Translations under genes and position numbers: made by a program
Source of the DNA: Mobula hypostoma
Lineage: Eukaryota
Direction: 5' to 3'
Assembly (NCBI RefSeq): GCF_963921235.1
Contig: NC_086097.1
Coordinates: forward strand, 201,316,001-201,380,000
Length of the DNA stretch: 64,000 nucleotides
Shown: positions 13,009 to 24,839 of the stretch, piece after piece
How the letters are laid out: each line of letters opens with the position of its first letter
Numbering within the stretch: the first letter of the stretch is position 1
The notes under the pieces: generated by a model
Told to the model about the DNA's origin: nothing
Databases searched by the model: none
Seen by the model: the letters and a program-made list of their open reading frames with translations, nothing else

Positions 13009-14871
13009 AAACTAATCATATGCTAGCTTTATTAAGCAACTTTATAGTTACACTTTGGTTGAGCTAGTTTTATTTATGCAATAATTTTGCACTCAATTTT
13101 TGGTGCTTTCCATCACTACCAATAAATATTTCTACAACATAAAAATATTATTTCTTTTATTTTTTTAGGATGTGTATGTAGCTGTGCAGGTCAACTTGTC
13201 AAGTATTGTTGGAGCTGAACATTAACAAGCAAAAAGAGAGTATTCAAACAAACTCTTGACTTGTGCCTTATACACTGCAGAAGTGTTTTATGGTTGCCAG
13301 GAGTGTCACGTGTCACAGACCACCCAGCCTATAACCAATCCTTCAGCTGGCATGGTATCTGGTCTGTAGCTTCAATTTCTATCAAGTCATTTCTTGATAT
13401 CACATGAAATTAATCCAATTGACTGACGCTTGCCTTCTTTGATGATGGAAACCTAAGGACAAGATCATGCTGGACCATCAACTTGGAACTTCTCGCTGAA
13501 CATAGTTGCAATCGCACAAGAGGCTCTGCCAACATTTTGCACAGGACGTTTGTGAAGCCTCCACTTCCTGTGAACTGTTTAATTGTTCAAAATGAAACAT
13601 GGCAGGAACACAAAGCTTTGACTTGATCCTTAAAAATCACACAGAACCGATGCTCAACTCCATTTTGTTTGTCCCAATGCATGAAATTATGGCTATATTT
13701 GAAGCTGAGACCACTTCTTCCAAGTTCAGGCTCAAGAAATTGAGCATCGGATCAATTAGTTCTATGCCCATTATTGAGTTGGAAGTGAAAACCCATCAGG
13801 GGTCAGAGTTCCAAAGGAAATGACCAGAGTTCTTGATTGTGAAGTGTGGCGAATGGAAAACCTTGGCATTATTCATTAGAGATAAACTGAATTGCTGAGG
13901 CACTCTTAATTAGGGGCCACAAGGGGAAGAAATGGAATTATTCACTGGGGATCTACAGGAGGTAAGGTTTGAGAGTCTTAATAGGAACTTGTGAGGATAA
14001 GGACCAATATCATTTGTTATTGTTCAGCAGGGAAGGCTTAGATACAAAAATCAATGCAGTGCAGAGGTGAGAGTAAGGAGGTAGTTAAGCACTTATCATG
14101 TGGACTTCTGAGACCAATTACATGTTGGACTGGAATGGCTAATTGTCCCAGAAATACTAAATAAATGGAATCCCCTTGGCAACATGGCTCAAGTTTCTTT
14201 GCAATTCTCCAAAAGAAGAACTGCAGCAAATGGTACTATTACATGCTGCCAGATGGGGCAAATGTGGTGGAATCACAGAATGACTTCTGACAAAAATTTG
14301 CTCAGAGTGACTCAAATTGTCCTGCTAATTGTTACTTGTATTTTGTTCCAGAATGAAAGCAGAGTTTTCATCTGCAACAGACTGATAAAAATGGTGGCCA
14401 AGATGATTTATTTCTTCACGATTTATACTAGGTTTCTATGTGATCCTGTGTATGGACTTGAGGACTTCAGTACCATGTTAAATGCTCCGTCTTCACTTTA
14501 AGTTAGTAGCCTGAGATTTCCAGGAATCAGTGGGCATGTTGCATTTTATCAATGAGTGTCTGAGCACATTCTTCAATTGCATCCCCTCTTAACCTAACAG
14601 GGCTCAGAATACAAAGCTTGTTTTGGGAGTTTGGCGTTGGGCTTGCAGACATGAACTGGCCTATGGAACTAACTAAGAGTAACGAGGATCTTAATGCTGG
14701 AGATGTTGGTCTGAGAAAGGAAATTAACACTGGTTCTCCTATCTTTACAGTGAAATTGAAGTACTCTGCAGAGACAGCAATGGCAATGGCTTTCCCTTTC
14801 CTCAAGGTGCCTATTTTAGTCAGTTCAGGATTCTATAAGTGTAGAAAGCAGGGATCTTTGCCAGATTTGAG

Positions 14872-15169
14872 ATATTTTATTTATTTATTTAGAGATGCAG
14901 TGCAGAACGGGTCCTTCTGGCCCAACAAGCCACACCAAACAGCACCCACCATTTAACCCTAGCCTAATCACAGGATTGCAATGACCAATTAACCTACTAA
15001 CCAGTATATCTTTAGATTGTGGGAGGGAACTGGAACACCTGGAAGAAACCCACATGGTCACATGAAGAACATACAAACTCCTCACGGAGAACATCGGAAT
15101 TGAACTCCAAACTCTGACACCCCAAACTGTACTAGCATTGCGCTAACCGCACACAACCATGGCACCCCG
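14872..15169 (-). mobile_element. tRNA-derived V-SINE (HE1-like)
   Basis: tRNA-like head with gagttcaattcc B box, V-domain-like gtttgtatgttct...gtgggtttcttccaggtgttccagttccctcccaca, (TAAA)n tail. Confidence 0.7.
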
Positions 15170-15479
15170 ATGATGTTGATCATTAACTACAATTTTTCTC
15201 AATCAATCAAAAATTGTGCTGGAATACTAAAGGCAAAATAGGGCTATGGTGTGATTAAACCTACAGTATTATTGAGGAAGGTTTATTTACAAAACATTTT
15301 AATTGGTTCCCTTTCCACAAATGCTGACTGATGGACTGAATCCTTTCAGCATTCTCTTTGGTAATGATATTATGATAATTCCCTAACAACATATACGGGA
15401 CAGATAAAGTGCAACAGAGGTTGGGCAAATTGATTTCTGGGATGGCGTGGGATGAGAGCTGACATATAGAAACTTACAA

Positions 15480-15840
15480 AAAAATTACAAGGTCCTTTTG
15501 GGTAAATGCAGGGATGATGATAAGAGGCATAGATCGAGTGAACAGCTAACAATTTATTCCCAGGGTGGAAATGGCTAAGCTGAGGGGCATAATTTTAATG
15601 TGATTAGAGGAAAGTGTAGCAGGATGTAAAAGGTAAGATTTTTACAGAGATAGTGTGAATGCATGGAATTCACTGCCAGGGGTGGTGGTAGAGGCAAATA
15701 CATTAGGGACATTTAAGAAACTCTTAGATAGGTACATGGATGAAAGAAAAATGGAAAGAAGTGTTAGATAGATCCTAGAGTAGATTAAACGGTTGGCAGA
15801 ATATCATAGCCAAAGGATCTGTACATTGCTGTAATGTTTT
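15480..15840 (+). mobile_element. Degenerate CR1 3' end
   Basis: Similar to CR1 3' ends elsewhere in the window (gcatggaat...ctgcca, gataggtacatgga). Confidence 0.65.
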
Positions 15841-17359
15841 TTCTTTACCTGGGTTGGAATGTTCAGAATGCAGGGTCATAGTATTAGTAAGAAATCCACC
15901 ATTTAGGACAGAATTAAGAGACTAAGTAGCGAATCTCAGTTGTCTTCTACTCAAGACAGCAGTAGAGTTCATTTCACTAAGTAAGTAAAAAATAAAAAGT
16001 GTTGTTTTTTGGATAGTAAGTGAATCATGGAAAAGGAATTAATAAAGTGTTTCTGAGGTAAAAGCTCAGCCACGATCTTATTAGATGAAGCAACAAGGGT
16101 AAAGGGCCAAATGGCCCATTCCAACTTCTATATTTTAATGTGGAAGCTGAGGTGAGATTGAACTCGACACGAGGTCAACATTTGACCCAGTGTGATATCA
16201 AGTAGTCAAGGTAAGATTGAAGTCAAGGGCCACAAACATTAGATTTACACCCTGCACAAGGTATGGTTCATAATCAATCAGCTCTGTTATATCACTTCAC
16301 TCAGAACAGCATTCGGCCCATCAGTGAGTTGTTCGTTGGCAGAGAAACTGAAGGAGCTGGACTTGGTCTGGATCATGCTGCTGTCTGTGTAAGGGAGACG
16401 ATGCAGGAGTCGGTGCGCAAAGGCGGAGTGCAGTCTAACAACAAGTGATCATCTTAGTTGCTTTTCTTGTGATCACAAGACCCTGTTGGACATTGTTAAT
16501 GTGGAATGCTGTAAGTTTGATTCACTGATTTACTGGCAGATGGTGGGGAACCTCGGTTGAAGCGAAGTTTAGACCTCAAGCCGCGGTGTTGTCTGTTTAC
16601 AGCTGCCCAGGAAAGAAGTGTTGGAGTCAGTGCACTCCTCCAGAATGCCAGGAGCGGTGTGGCGTGATGCCTAAGCTGCAGTTGGTGCTGCCACCTCATT
16701 GTTCACTTGACAGAAGACAAGATGTATTGTGTTCGACTGCACACTGCTGCGACATTCAGAGATTCCTGGACTATATATTTTTTGTGTAACTATATTTTAC
16801 TGATATCTTATATGTGTTTGGTATCTTGTATGTGTTTGCTGATTTATATGTGCTATATATGCCTTGTACAGTGTATGGCTGTCGGTACTGAGTTTTGCAC
16901 CTTGGCCCCAGAGTAATACTGTTTCATTTGGCTGTATTCACGAATGGTTGAATGACAATTAAACGATCTTAAATCACCCCAATCTACTTCAACAATGACC
17001 TTTCTTCCATCTCATGGTCAAAAGTGGGGATGTTCTTTGATGATTGCACAGTATGTAATGCAATTTGCAGCACTTTACGAAAAGGAGTCGCATGCTGCAA
17101 GAAATTACGATGAAGGGTCTTGGCTGAGAGGAATAAGTTATGTTTATTCCTCTCTACTGATGTCGCCTGAACTGCTGAGTTTCTCAAGCATTTTGTGTGT
17201 GTTGCATGCTGCAAGACACCATAAAACTCATACACAAGAAAATGTAATCAATATTCATGCCAGACAAATGCCAGGCAATGACCATCTCCAACAAGAAAGA
17301 TTCCACTAATCTATCCATTGAGCACCAATCAATCTATTGGGAACAACTTCCAGAAATGG

Positions 17360-17672
17360 TGCCTAATGAAGAATACATCCACCGTTAAGGACCTTCACCA
17401 TCCGGGGCATTCCCACTTCTCATTAATACCAACAGGGAGGAGGTTCAGGAGCCTGGTGGACAATATTCAATGTTTTATGAACAGCTTCTTCTCCGCCGCC
17501 ATCAGAATTCTGAACAGTCTATGAACCCATGAACAATAGTTCACTATTCCCATTTTGCACTTATTTTTAATTGGAACTTGTAGTAATTTTTTATATTTTG
17601 CACTGTACTATTGCCACAAAACAACAAATTTCACAATGTATGTCAGTGATAATAAAACTGACTCTGATTCTG
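17360..17672 (+). mobile_element. Rex1-type 3' end
   Basis: DLHHPGHSHFSLIPTGRRFRS, NSFFSAAIRILN; (GATTCT)-type tail. Confidence 0.7.
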
Positions 17673-18797
17673 TCTTTGATATTAAAGGCATTACCAAAGC
17701 CAAGAAACACCATTGCAAAGGAAGTTCAAATGCCAGTCAGGACTTGCTGCACCATTGTTGAGTCTACAAGTGTTGAGTGGAGCTGGCCGTTACCTTCATG
17801 CTGGAAAGAATTAGCTCCAGATTTTACATAAAGTCATATGCAATGTTGGAGCTAAACTCCTGCATACATGTCATTCATTAGTGAAGAGAACAAAGCATAT
17901 ATTTTCTTCCATTAACTTCTTGAATCTTTGCATAATGTTTCTACATGAATATCCAGTACGAATAATTTCTTTTCAGTGTTTGATTCTGATGCAAATTTCT
18001 ATTATGCAAAATAGTTCAAAAGGTAAGACCTACATATTTCAGAATTTGCTGCATAATACTGTTAATTTTGTTTAGCTAAATTGAATAGTAGAAATAATTA
18101 ATACATCTGTGGTTAACGAGCAATAAATATTGCTCAGGTAGTAATCTGCACCTTTCAACTGAGCACTAAGATGACATCCTGTTTACAATATTTGTGGATT
18201 TTATTTTTAATACTACAATTACTCTCAGCTGCAAATGGACAATATGTCACTTCTAAAATTGCAAAATGTACGAGACTGCATAATGATATATGATTTTTAC
18301 CACACCTTTAAAGATTCAAAGTGACTAATGATATAAACAGTGCCACAATTTTTGTTGATCTTGCCACACTGCAGGGCTATTGACATCGTTCACTGACAAA
18401 CAACTGTTTTAAAATCAGGCATGTGTTATGAATATTGGGATCTTTAGTTCAGTATATTATTACTGCAGTATTACCTATAAACATTCTGTCACGATATTTT
18501 CAGTCTCAAAAACTAAATAGCAAATTGAATTCTGCTTGACAGATCACCCCTAGGTAATTTACTGCTGCATCCAGGATGATCACTTTAAAGTGTTTTTGAT
18601 GCTTGAAACTTGGATTACATTTCAGCAATATACTTTACTTTGACAAAATAAGTTATGTGAAATTACTTGTGAACTCCACCAATTAATCGTAAATTGTTTT
18701 TTATAAAATTTAAATGTTTCTTTACAATACATTCAAAAGAATGTTTGGCAGCTCAAAGTGTCAAATGATCATAACTACAATTTTCTAAGAGACTTAC

Positions 18798-18959
18798 TTC
18801 ATAGTGATTCTTATATATAGCTTCCAGTTCCTTAAATTCTGTTTCAGTTTTTACAACAGCCTCCTCAACTTGTGCAACCTTATTTAAGGCTTTTTTCTTC
18901 TTCATTTTAGTGTTTTCCTTAAACTGAGTTAGTTCTGCAGCATCCCGTTTAACTTTGGC
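18798..18959 (-). CDS. ccdc178: CCDC178-like exon H (162 nt)
   Basis: aatacag acceptor, gtaagt donor. AKVKRDAAELTQFKENTKMKKKKALNKVAQVEEAVVKTETEFKELEAIYKNHYE. No further exon was recognised in 1-18797. Confidence 0.88.
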
Positions 18960-19772
18960 CTGTATTTAGAAAACAAGATCATGTAATTGTTATATTTAGA
19001 GCTGAATAAGTATCTTTTTTAAAGAAGATCCCTGGTTATTAATAGGGTATCAGAACTGACCTCAACAGTACATCAGGAAAAAAACTACTAACATAATTTA
19101 ATAGTTCCAGCAACTATTTAATGATATTGGAATTATGATAAAAATGCGTAACTCTGGGAAGCAGACTTAAGCTGATTTTAACTTAACTACAGTCCAGACT
19201 AAAACTCTTTAAAAGAAAAATCAGACAGTTATTTTTTTTTAATATCTGTAGGGATAGGGAACATATAAACTACAGATTTTTGTTAATCTTATACAGAAAA
19301 TGATGCAGCACCTGCAAACAAAGAATATATTCCAACACTGCATCACACTCATTATGAAGCAAATTGAGACTGGTAACTGGAATGAAGTAAAGTAACTCAT
19401 TTATGGACTATCTGATCATTCAACGATTTTGTATTCATTGCACCTCAATGCAGGTTTTTATTTTTGCAGCCATGCAAGATATCTGATTTTGGTGCGGTCA
19501 ACCATAATATCACTCTGTCTACCCAAAACTGAAATAGTGCAAATAGAACAAAATTCTGAACCCTAAATCCATGCACCTGCCTCTTATAAGTGATAGGAGT
19601 ACACCACCACAAAATACACAACCACATGCTTCAGGAGACACTTCTGCCCCATTTGTAGAAGAGTCTATAATTCCCAGATTAGCTTCATTATGCATAATAA
19701 CAGCAGGAAATTAAGTCATCTTCGAACTCAAGCAACTACTTAAAAAGAAAACTAGATACCTCAGCTGCTTAC

Positions 19773-19835
19773 CTGAAGTTTTGTTCGCCGCATCATTTCA
19801 TCTCTGATCTTTTTCTTCACCTTTATTATCTGATT
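19773..19835 (-). CDS. ccdc178: CCDC178-like exon G (63 nt)
   Basis: AG acceptor, gtaagc donor. NQIIKVKKKIRDEMMRRTKLQ, phase 0/0. Confidence 0.85.
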
Positions 19836-20313
19836 CTACATGATAAACAAAGCAGAATAAAATTGGGATCGTAAACTCACTCTAATTGAAAAGAATTCCA
19901 GTAGCTGCATACTAATATTTTTGCAGTTACTGCACACTATTTTTTGGAGCTGAATACCAAAACATAATGCATTAATACTGTGTGCATTTGCCTAGTTGTG
20001 TTGTGGATTATCACTTTAATGAAGAAGCCTGTCTGATACACAAAGTTCAGCTGATGATAATTCATAAAAAATAAGAATAGCTCAATGGTTCCAAAATTAT
20101 GTGGCTGACTCATTTAAAGTTAACGAGCACTAGTTAAAGCAAAAGTCAGCATTCTGATGAAGGGTATCAATTGGAAACATCAAAAATTCTTCTCCCCTCC
20201 TTGGATGCTGCATGCCCTGCTGTGTTCCTCCAACAGATTGTCTGTTACACAAGTAAAAGCAAGTCTGCACCTGTCACAAGAGGTTTTGTATTGTAGCCTA
20301 CAAAAAAGTCATT

Positions 20314-20980
20314 ACAAGTTTAAGTTCATTGTCATTCAACTGTATGCATATGTACACGACAAAGATGTATACAGCTAAATGAAACAACATCCCCCTAGGA
20401 TCAAGCTGCCTCAATCAAGGAATCACAGTACATCTATCACATACAGCACATACATATTAACTATACATATACAAGTTGACATAAAGTGCATTACTGTACA
20501 ACATATAGTTAAATATACCATTGGCACTGTCATAATAATGTGTACTGGGAGATAGCAGGGTGTTCAAAAGTCTCACAGCCAGGAGGAAGAAACTGTTACC
20601 CACTCTAACAGTTCTTATTCTTATATATGGTACCTTCATCTTGACAGTAGGAGGTCAAAGAAATTATGGGACAGATGGGAGGGGTACTTGACAATGTAGA
20701 GGGCTCTACGAATGCAGTACTTATTGGTATATCCTGGATGGGTGGGTGTTGCGGAAGGAGACCCCGATGATTCTCTCAGCAGTGTTCACAGTCTGTTGCA
20801 GGGTCTTGTAGTCAGATGCCTTGTAATTCACATACCAGATGGCAATATAACTGGTCAGGACCCTCTCAAAGGTGTTCCAGTAGAATGAGAGTAGAATAGG
20901 AGTAGGAAGTCTTGCTCACCTCAGTGTCCTCAGGAAGTGGAGGCACTGCTGTGCTTTCTTGACTAAAAAGGTGTTGAGGT
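20314..20980 (-). mobile_element. Degenerate Rex1-type 3' portion
   Basis: GNSFFLLAVRLLN motif; (TTGAAC)-type tail. Confidence 0.65.
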
Positions 20981-21133
20981 CTTAGTGGAAGAAGTGGAAA
21001 GCAGGTGAAAATGTTTTATGTTTACAGAAGAAATGTCTTAGTGCAGTGGAATCAGAAAGTAATGGAAACCAATATGAAAAGCTAAGGATATGGAGACTAA
21101 ACATTACAAGTTCAATGAAGTCACATGTAAGGC

Positions 21134-21346
21134 CCCGTCCTGACTTCTCCTATCATTTTGGATCTCCCTCTCCCCCTCCCACTTTCAAATCTCTTACTAG
21201 CTCTTCCTTCAGTTAGTCCTGACGAAGGGCCTCAGCCTGAAATGTCGACTGTACCTCTTCCTAGAGATGCTGCCTGGCCTGCTGCATTCACCGGCAACTT
21301 TGATGCGTGTTCCTTGAATTTCCAGCATCTGCAGAATTCCTCGTGT
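21134..21346 (+). mobile_element. Penelope-like terminal-repeat fragment with minimal hammerhead core
   Basis: agtcCTGACGAagggcctcagcctGAAAtgtcgact at 21215-21250. Same family as 56235-56790. Confidence 0.75.
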
Positions 21347-21391
21347 GTACGTTTTATATTTTCTTTTTTTGGAACACTCTGCCATGGTGTG

Positions 21392-21422
<31 letters not shown>

Positions 21423-21689
21423 GTGGTCACTCTTGCTTTCTCTCTCTCGCTCTCTCTCTTTCTCTCTCGCTCACTCACTCTCAAAAAAATTGATTTCCGT
21501 GATATTGTATATAATTTGCAGGCATCAGGGAGCCACTATTAATATGCGGGAGACTCCCGGAACTTCCGGAAGAGGTGGGATGTCTGCCTTCAGACAAATA
21601 GCAAATTCCAAGCCAGACATACAAACAACAGCTTATACACATTTCACCACTTAATCAATACAACCAAATAACCAAAATATTTATTTAGA

Positions 21690-23068
21690 GTACAGTGCAA
21701 AAGCCTTAAGCAACCTAGATTTTTATATACATTTTGTTTTTGATATTTATTTTTTGTCTTCTGCATTTGTGTGTCAGTAGAAAAGAGCAAATTTTAGATT
21801 TCCAAACAATCATTTTCCAAAAAAATTAAGTGCTTGAGAGAATTTTTGTGTTTCATTAAGGACAGTAAGATATTAAGTAATAGAATAGAAACCTGATCGC
21901 TCTGCGGGCATATAGCCAAGTGCATGATTAAACAAAGACAGCAAACAGGTGCTAATGGTCAATGACCTAATGAGTTGAATGAACTAAACTGATTAACTGA
22001 AACGAAAATGTATGTAGAAAGAATCAGACTGAAAGATGAGTGCTTGGCAGCTGTGATAGTTTACCTTCAAATCTTCAATTCTTACACCATGGCAAGAGTA
22101 AGCATAGCAACAAAGATCAAGGTGGTCATCTTCCAACGCAAGGCCTCTCCCAAGCAGAAACTTTGCAGCAGACAGGAGTTGTAAGACGCTGTACAAGCTC
22201 TTCTGAAGGAGCACAAAGAAACAGGCAAGGTTGAAGACCAGAAGTGCAGTGGCCGGCCTTGAAAACTGAGTGCAGCAGACGAAAGATACATCAAGCTGAT
22301 GTCCCTTCCAAATCAGACGGAGTCCAGCTCTGAATTCACAGAAACCACTGGAACCTAAGTACACCCCTCTACAATCTGGGGAAGTCTTGTCAGAGGTGGT
22401 CTTCATGGAAGAGTTGCTGCCAGAAGTCATTCCTCTAAATGGAAACTAAGCCAAGAGACACACCTATGCACAAAAACACAAGGACTGGATGCTGAACAAT
22501 GGCAGCAAGTGTTCTGAACCAACAAGCTAAATCATGACATTTTTGGTTCAACCGTAGAAGAACGACAGAGCACTACATGGATGAGTGTCTGCAGCTAACA
22601 GTGAAGCACGACGGAGGTTCCCTGCAGGTTTGGGGCTGTAATTCTGCACATGGAGTTGGTGATCTGATCAGAATTAATGGAATCCTCAATGCTGAGAAGT
22701 ACAAGCAAATTCTCGTCCATCACGCAATAACATCAGGGAGACACCTGATCGGTCCCAACTTCATTCTGCTGCAGCACAATGACGGCCAAAGTCGTAAAAA
22801 AAAAACTATCTTTAGTGAAAAGAAGAATAAGGAGTTCTGTAACAGATGGTGTGGCCTCCGCAGAGCTCTGATCTCAACATCATTAAGGCTGTCTGGGATT
22901 ACCAGGAGACACTAAAGCAAGCACTAAATATAGATTTGATTTGGTTTTTTACTATTTACTACTATCACAATTTTTTTTTATATTTAGAAACTTTTCATTT
23001 CATTGTTTTTGAAAGCATCTTCCCTTTCCAAAATTTTTTTATATATGCCAATACTTTTACACAGTACG
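21690..23068 (+). mobile_element. Degenerate Tc1 DNA transposon (transposase pseudogene)
   Basis: TVKHDGGSLQVWGC, LQHND and WPPQSSDLNII motifs; degenerate TIRs (gtacagtgcaaaag / cttttacacagtac). Confidence 0.8.
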
Positions 23069-23369
23069 GTGTACATTTTTTCCCATTTTTGTAGAACACA
23101 GAAACAGTAGTCATTGCTAAATGACATGGGGCAGACACAGCTACAGCTCAGGAGTGAGTTTTATTTGAGCCAATAAAAAGAGGGGAGGTGTAAGCAGAGT
23201 GGCCATTGTTGAAGTGGGCCGGTATAACAGTGGGAGGCTTTGGCTCAATAGGCTTCAACAAGAACAGGCTTGGGCAAGCACAAGCGAAGGTTCTAAGTAA
23301 GGTTATAGCAATTTTTTTTTCTCTCTCATTGTCTATTAGTACATGACCAGTGCGCTGAAAATGGGTCCA

Positions 23370-24836
23370 GAATTAGCAAAGTGCTTTGAGCAGCTCGTAA
23401 TGGATCGTATTAAATCTCACCTTCCAGCTATATTGGACCCTTTCCAGTTTGTCTACCGCTCAAACCGGTCCACTGATAATGCCATAGCCCTCCACTCTGA
23501 CCTGTCTGACCAAGGGAATGAAGACTCATACACCAGGATGCTGCTCATTGACTTGACTTTAGCTCGCTGTTTAACCTCAGAGGCTAGTGGGTAAACTGTC
23601 CACATTGGGAGCCAATACCCATCTCTGTGACGGAATCTTCCATTTCTTGATGGAAAAACCCCAGTCAATCTGAATTGACAGCAACATTTCAAGCTCCATC
23701 ACGCTGAGAGCTGATGCCCCCCAGGGCTGTGTGCTCAGTCCACTGCGGTTCACACTGCTGACTCACAACTGCACTGTCAGATTCAGTTGAAACCACATCA
23801 TCAAGTTCATTGATTATATTACAGTGGTTGACCCCATCAGCACAAAATGATGAGTCAGAATACAGAGAGGAGGTAAAATGGCTTGTCAGATGATGTGAGA
23901 ACAATAACCTGAGTCCCAAAGTGGACAACACAAAAGAGAAAGGCACAAGTTGGTCATTCTTCATTGCACATTAATGGTTCTGCCATGAAGAAAGTGAAGA
24001 GCACATAACAGACTATCTAACCTAGATCCACAACAGCTGGACACGAGGAAATCTGCAGATGCTGGACATTCAAGCAATACACACAAAAAATGCTGGTGAA
24101 CGCAGCAGGCCAGGCAGCATCTATAGGAAGAGGTACAGTCGACGTTTCGGGCCAGGATCCTTCATCAGGCAGCATCCTATAGATGCTGCCTGGCCTGCTG
24201 CGTTCACCAGCATTTTTTGTGTGTATTGCTCCACAACACCTCCTCATTAGTCAAGAAGGCACAGCAGTGTCTACACTTTAAGGAGACTGAGGCATACAAG
24301 GCTTCCCGGCCCCTTCTAACAACTTTCTACAGGAGCATCATTGAGAGTGTTCTGTCTAGTTGCATCATTGTATGTACAGAAGCTGCAAGGCCAAAAGACC
24401 GTACAGAGGAGAGAAAAATCCGCCGAGAGGATCTTCGGGGTCTCCCTCACCCGTTTGTGACAATTACCGGAAGCAATGCAGACGAAGGACCCAAAGTATT
24501 GTTGAGGAACACTACCACCCATCCCACAACCTCTTTGATCCATTAACATCAGGAAGAGGAACGGAAGCATCAGGACTAGGACTGCCAAACTGGGTAACAG
24601 CTTCTTAGGCTGTGAGACTAATGAATACTCTGTCAGCACTGAGGTCTCGTCATTGGGACAGTGAGCTGTTTATTGTTCACCCATGCATTGTGAATTTTGT
24701 TTTATTCACCTGTCTATAGCATAATATTCTGTGATATATGTTGCGTGGGTGCACAACATTCTGGAGGAATGTTGTTTTGTTTGGTTGTGTATATGTACAG
24801 TCAGATAACAATAAAATTGACCTTGAACTTGAACTG
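23370..24836 (+). mobile_element. Degenerate Rex1/Babar RT and 3' end
   Basis: [25 protein letters not shown] and LVKKAQQ motifs; (TTGAAC)n tail. Confidence 0.8.
24036..24229 (-). mobile_element. Penelope-derived foldback insertion containing a hammerhead core
   Basis: 9-bp direct repeat tccacaaca (24027-24035, 24230-24238); perfect 56-bp inverted arms; CTGATGA...GAAACGTCGACT on the minus strand. Confidence 0.75.
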
Positions 24837-24839
24837 GTA

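Noticed and set aside
14618..14956. 112-aa plus-strand ORF
   Set aside because: Non-ATG start, runs into a SINE tail, no recognisable motif or splice support.
21388..21482. RE-rich / SL-rich ORFs
   Set aside because: Translation of a (CT)n microsatellite.
21490..21586. Possible MITE end (cagacatccca... on minus)
   Set aside because: Only one terminus is visible, with no matching TIR or TSD.
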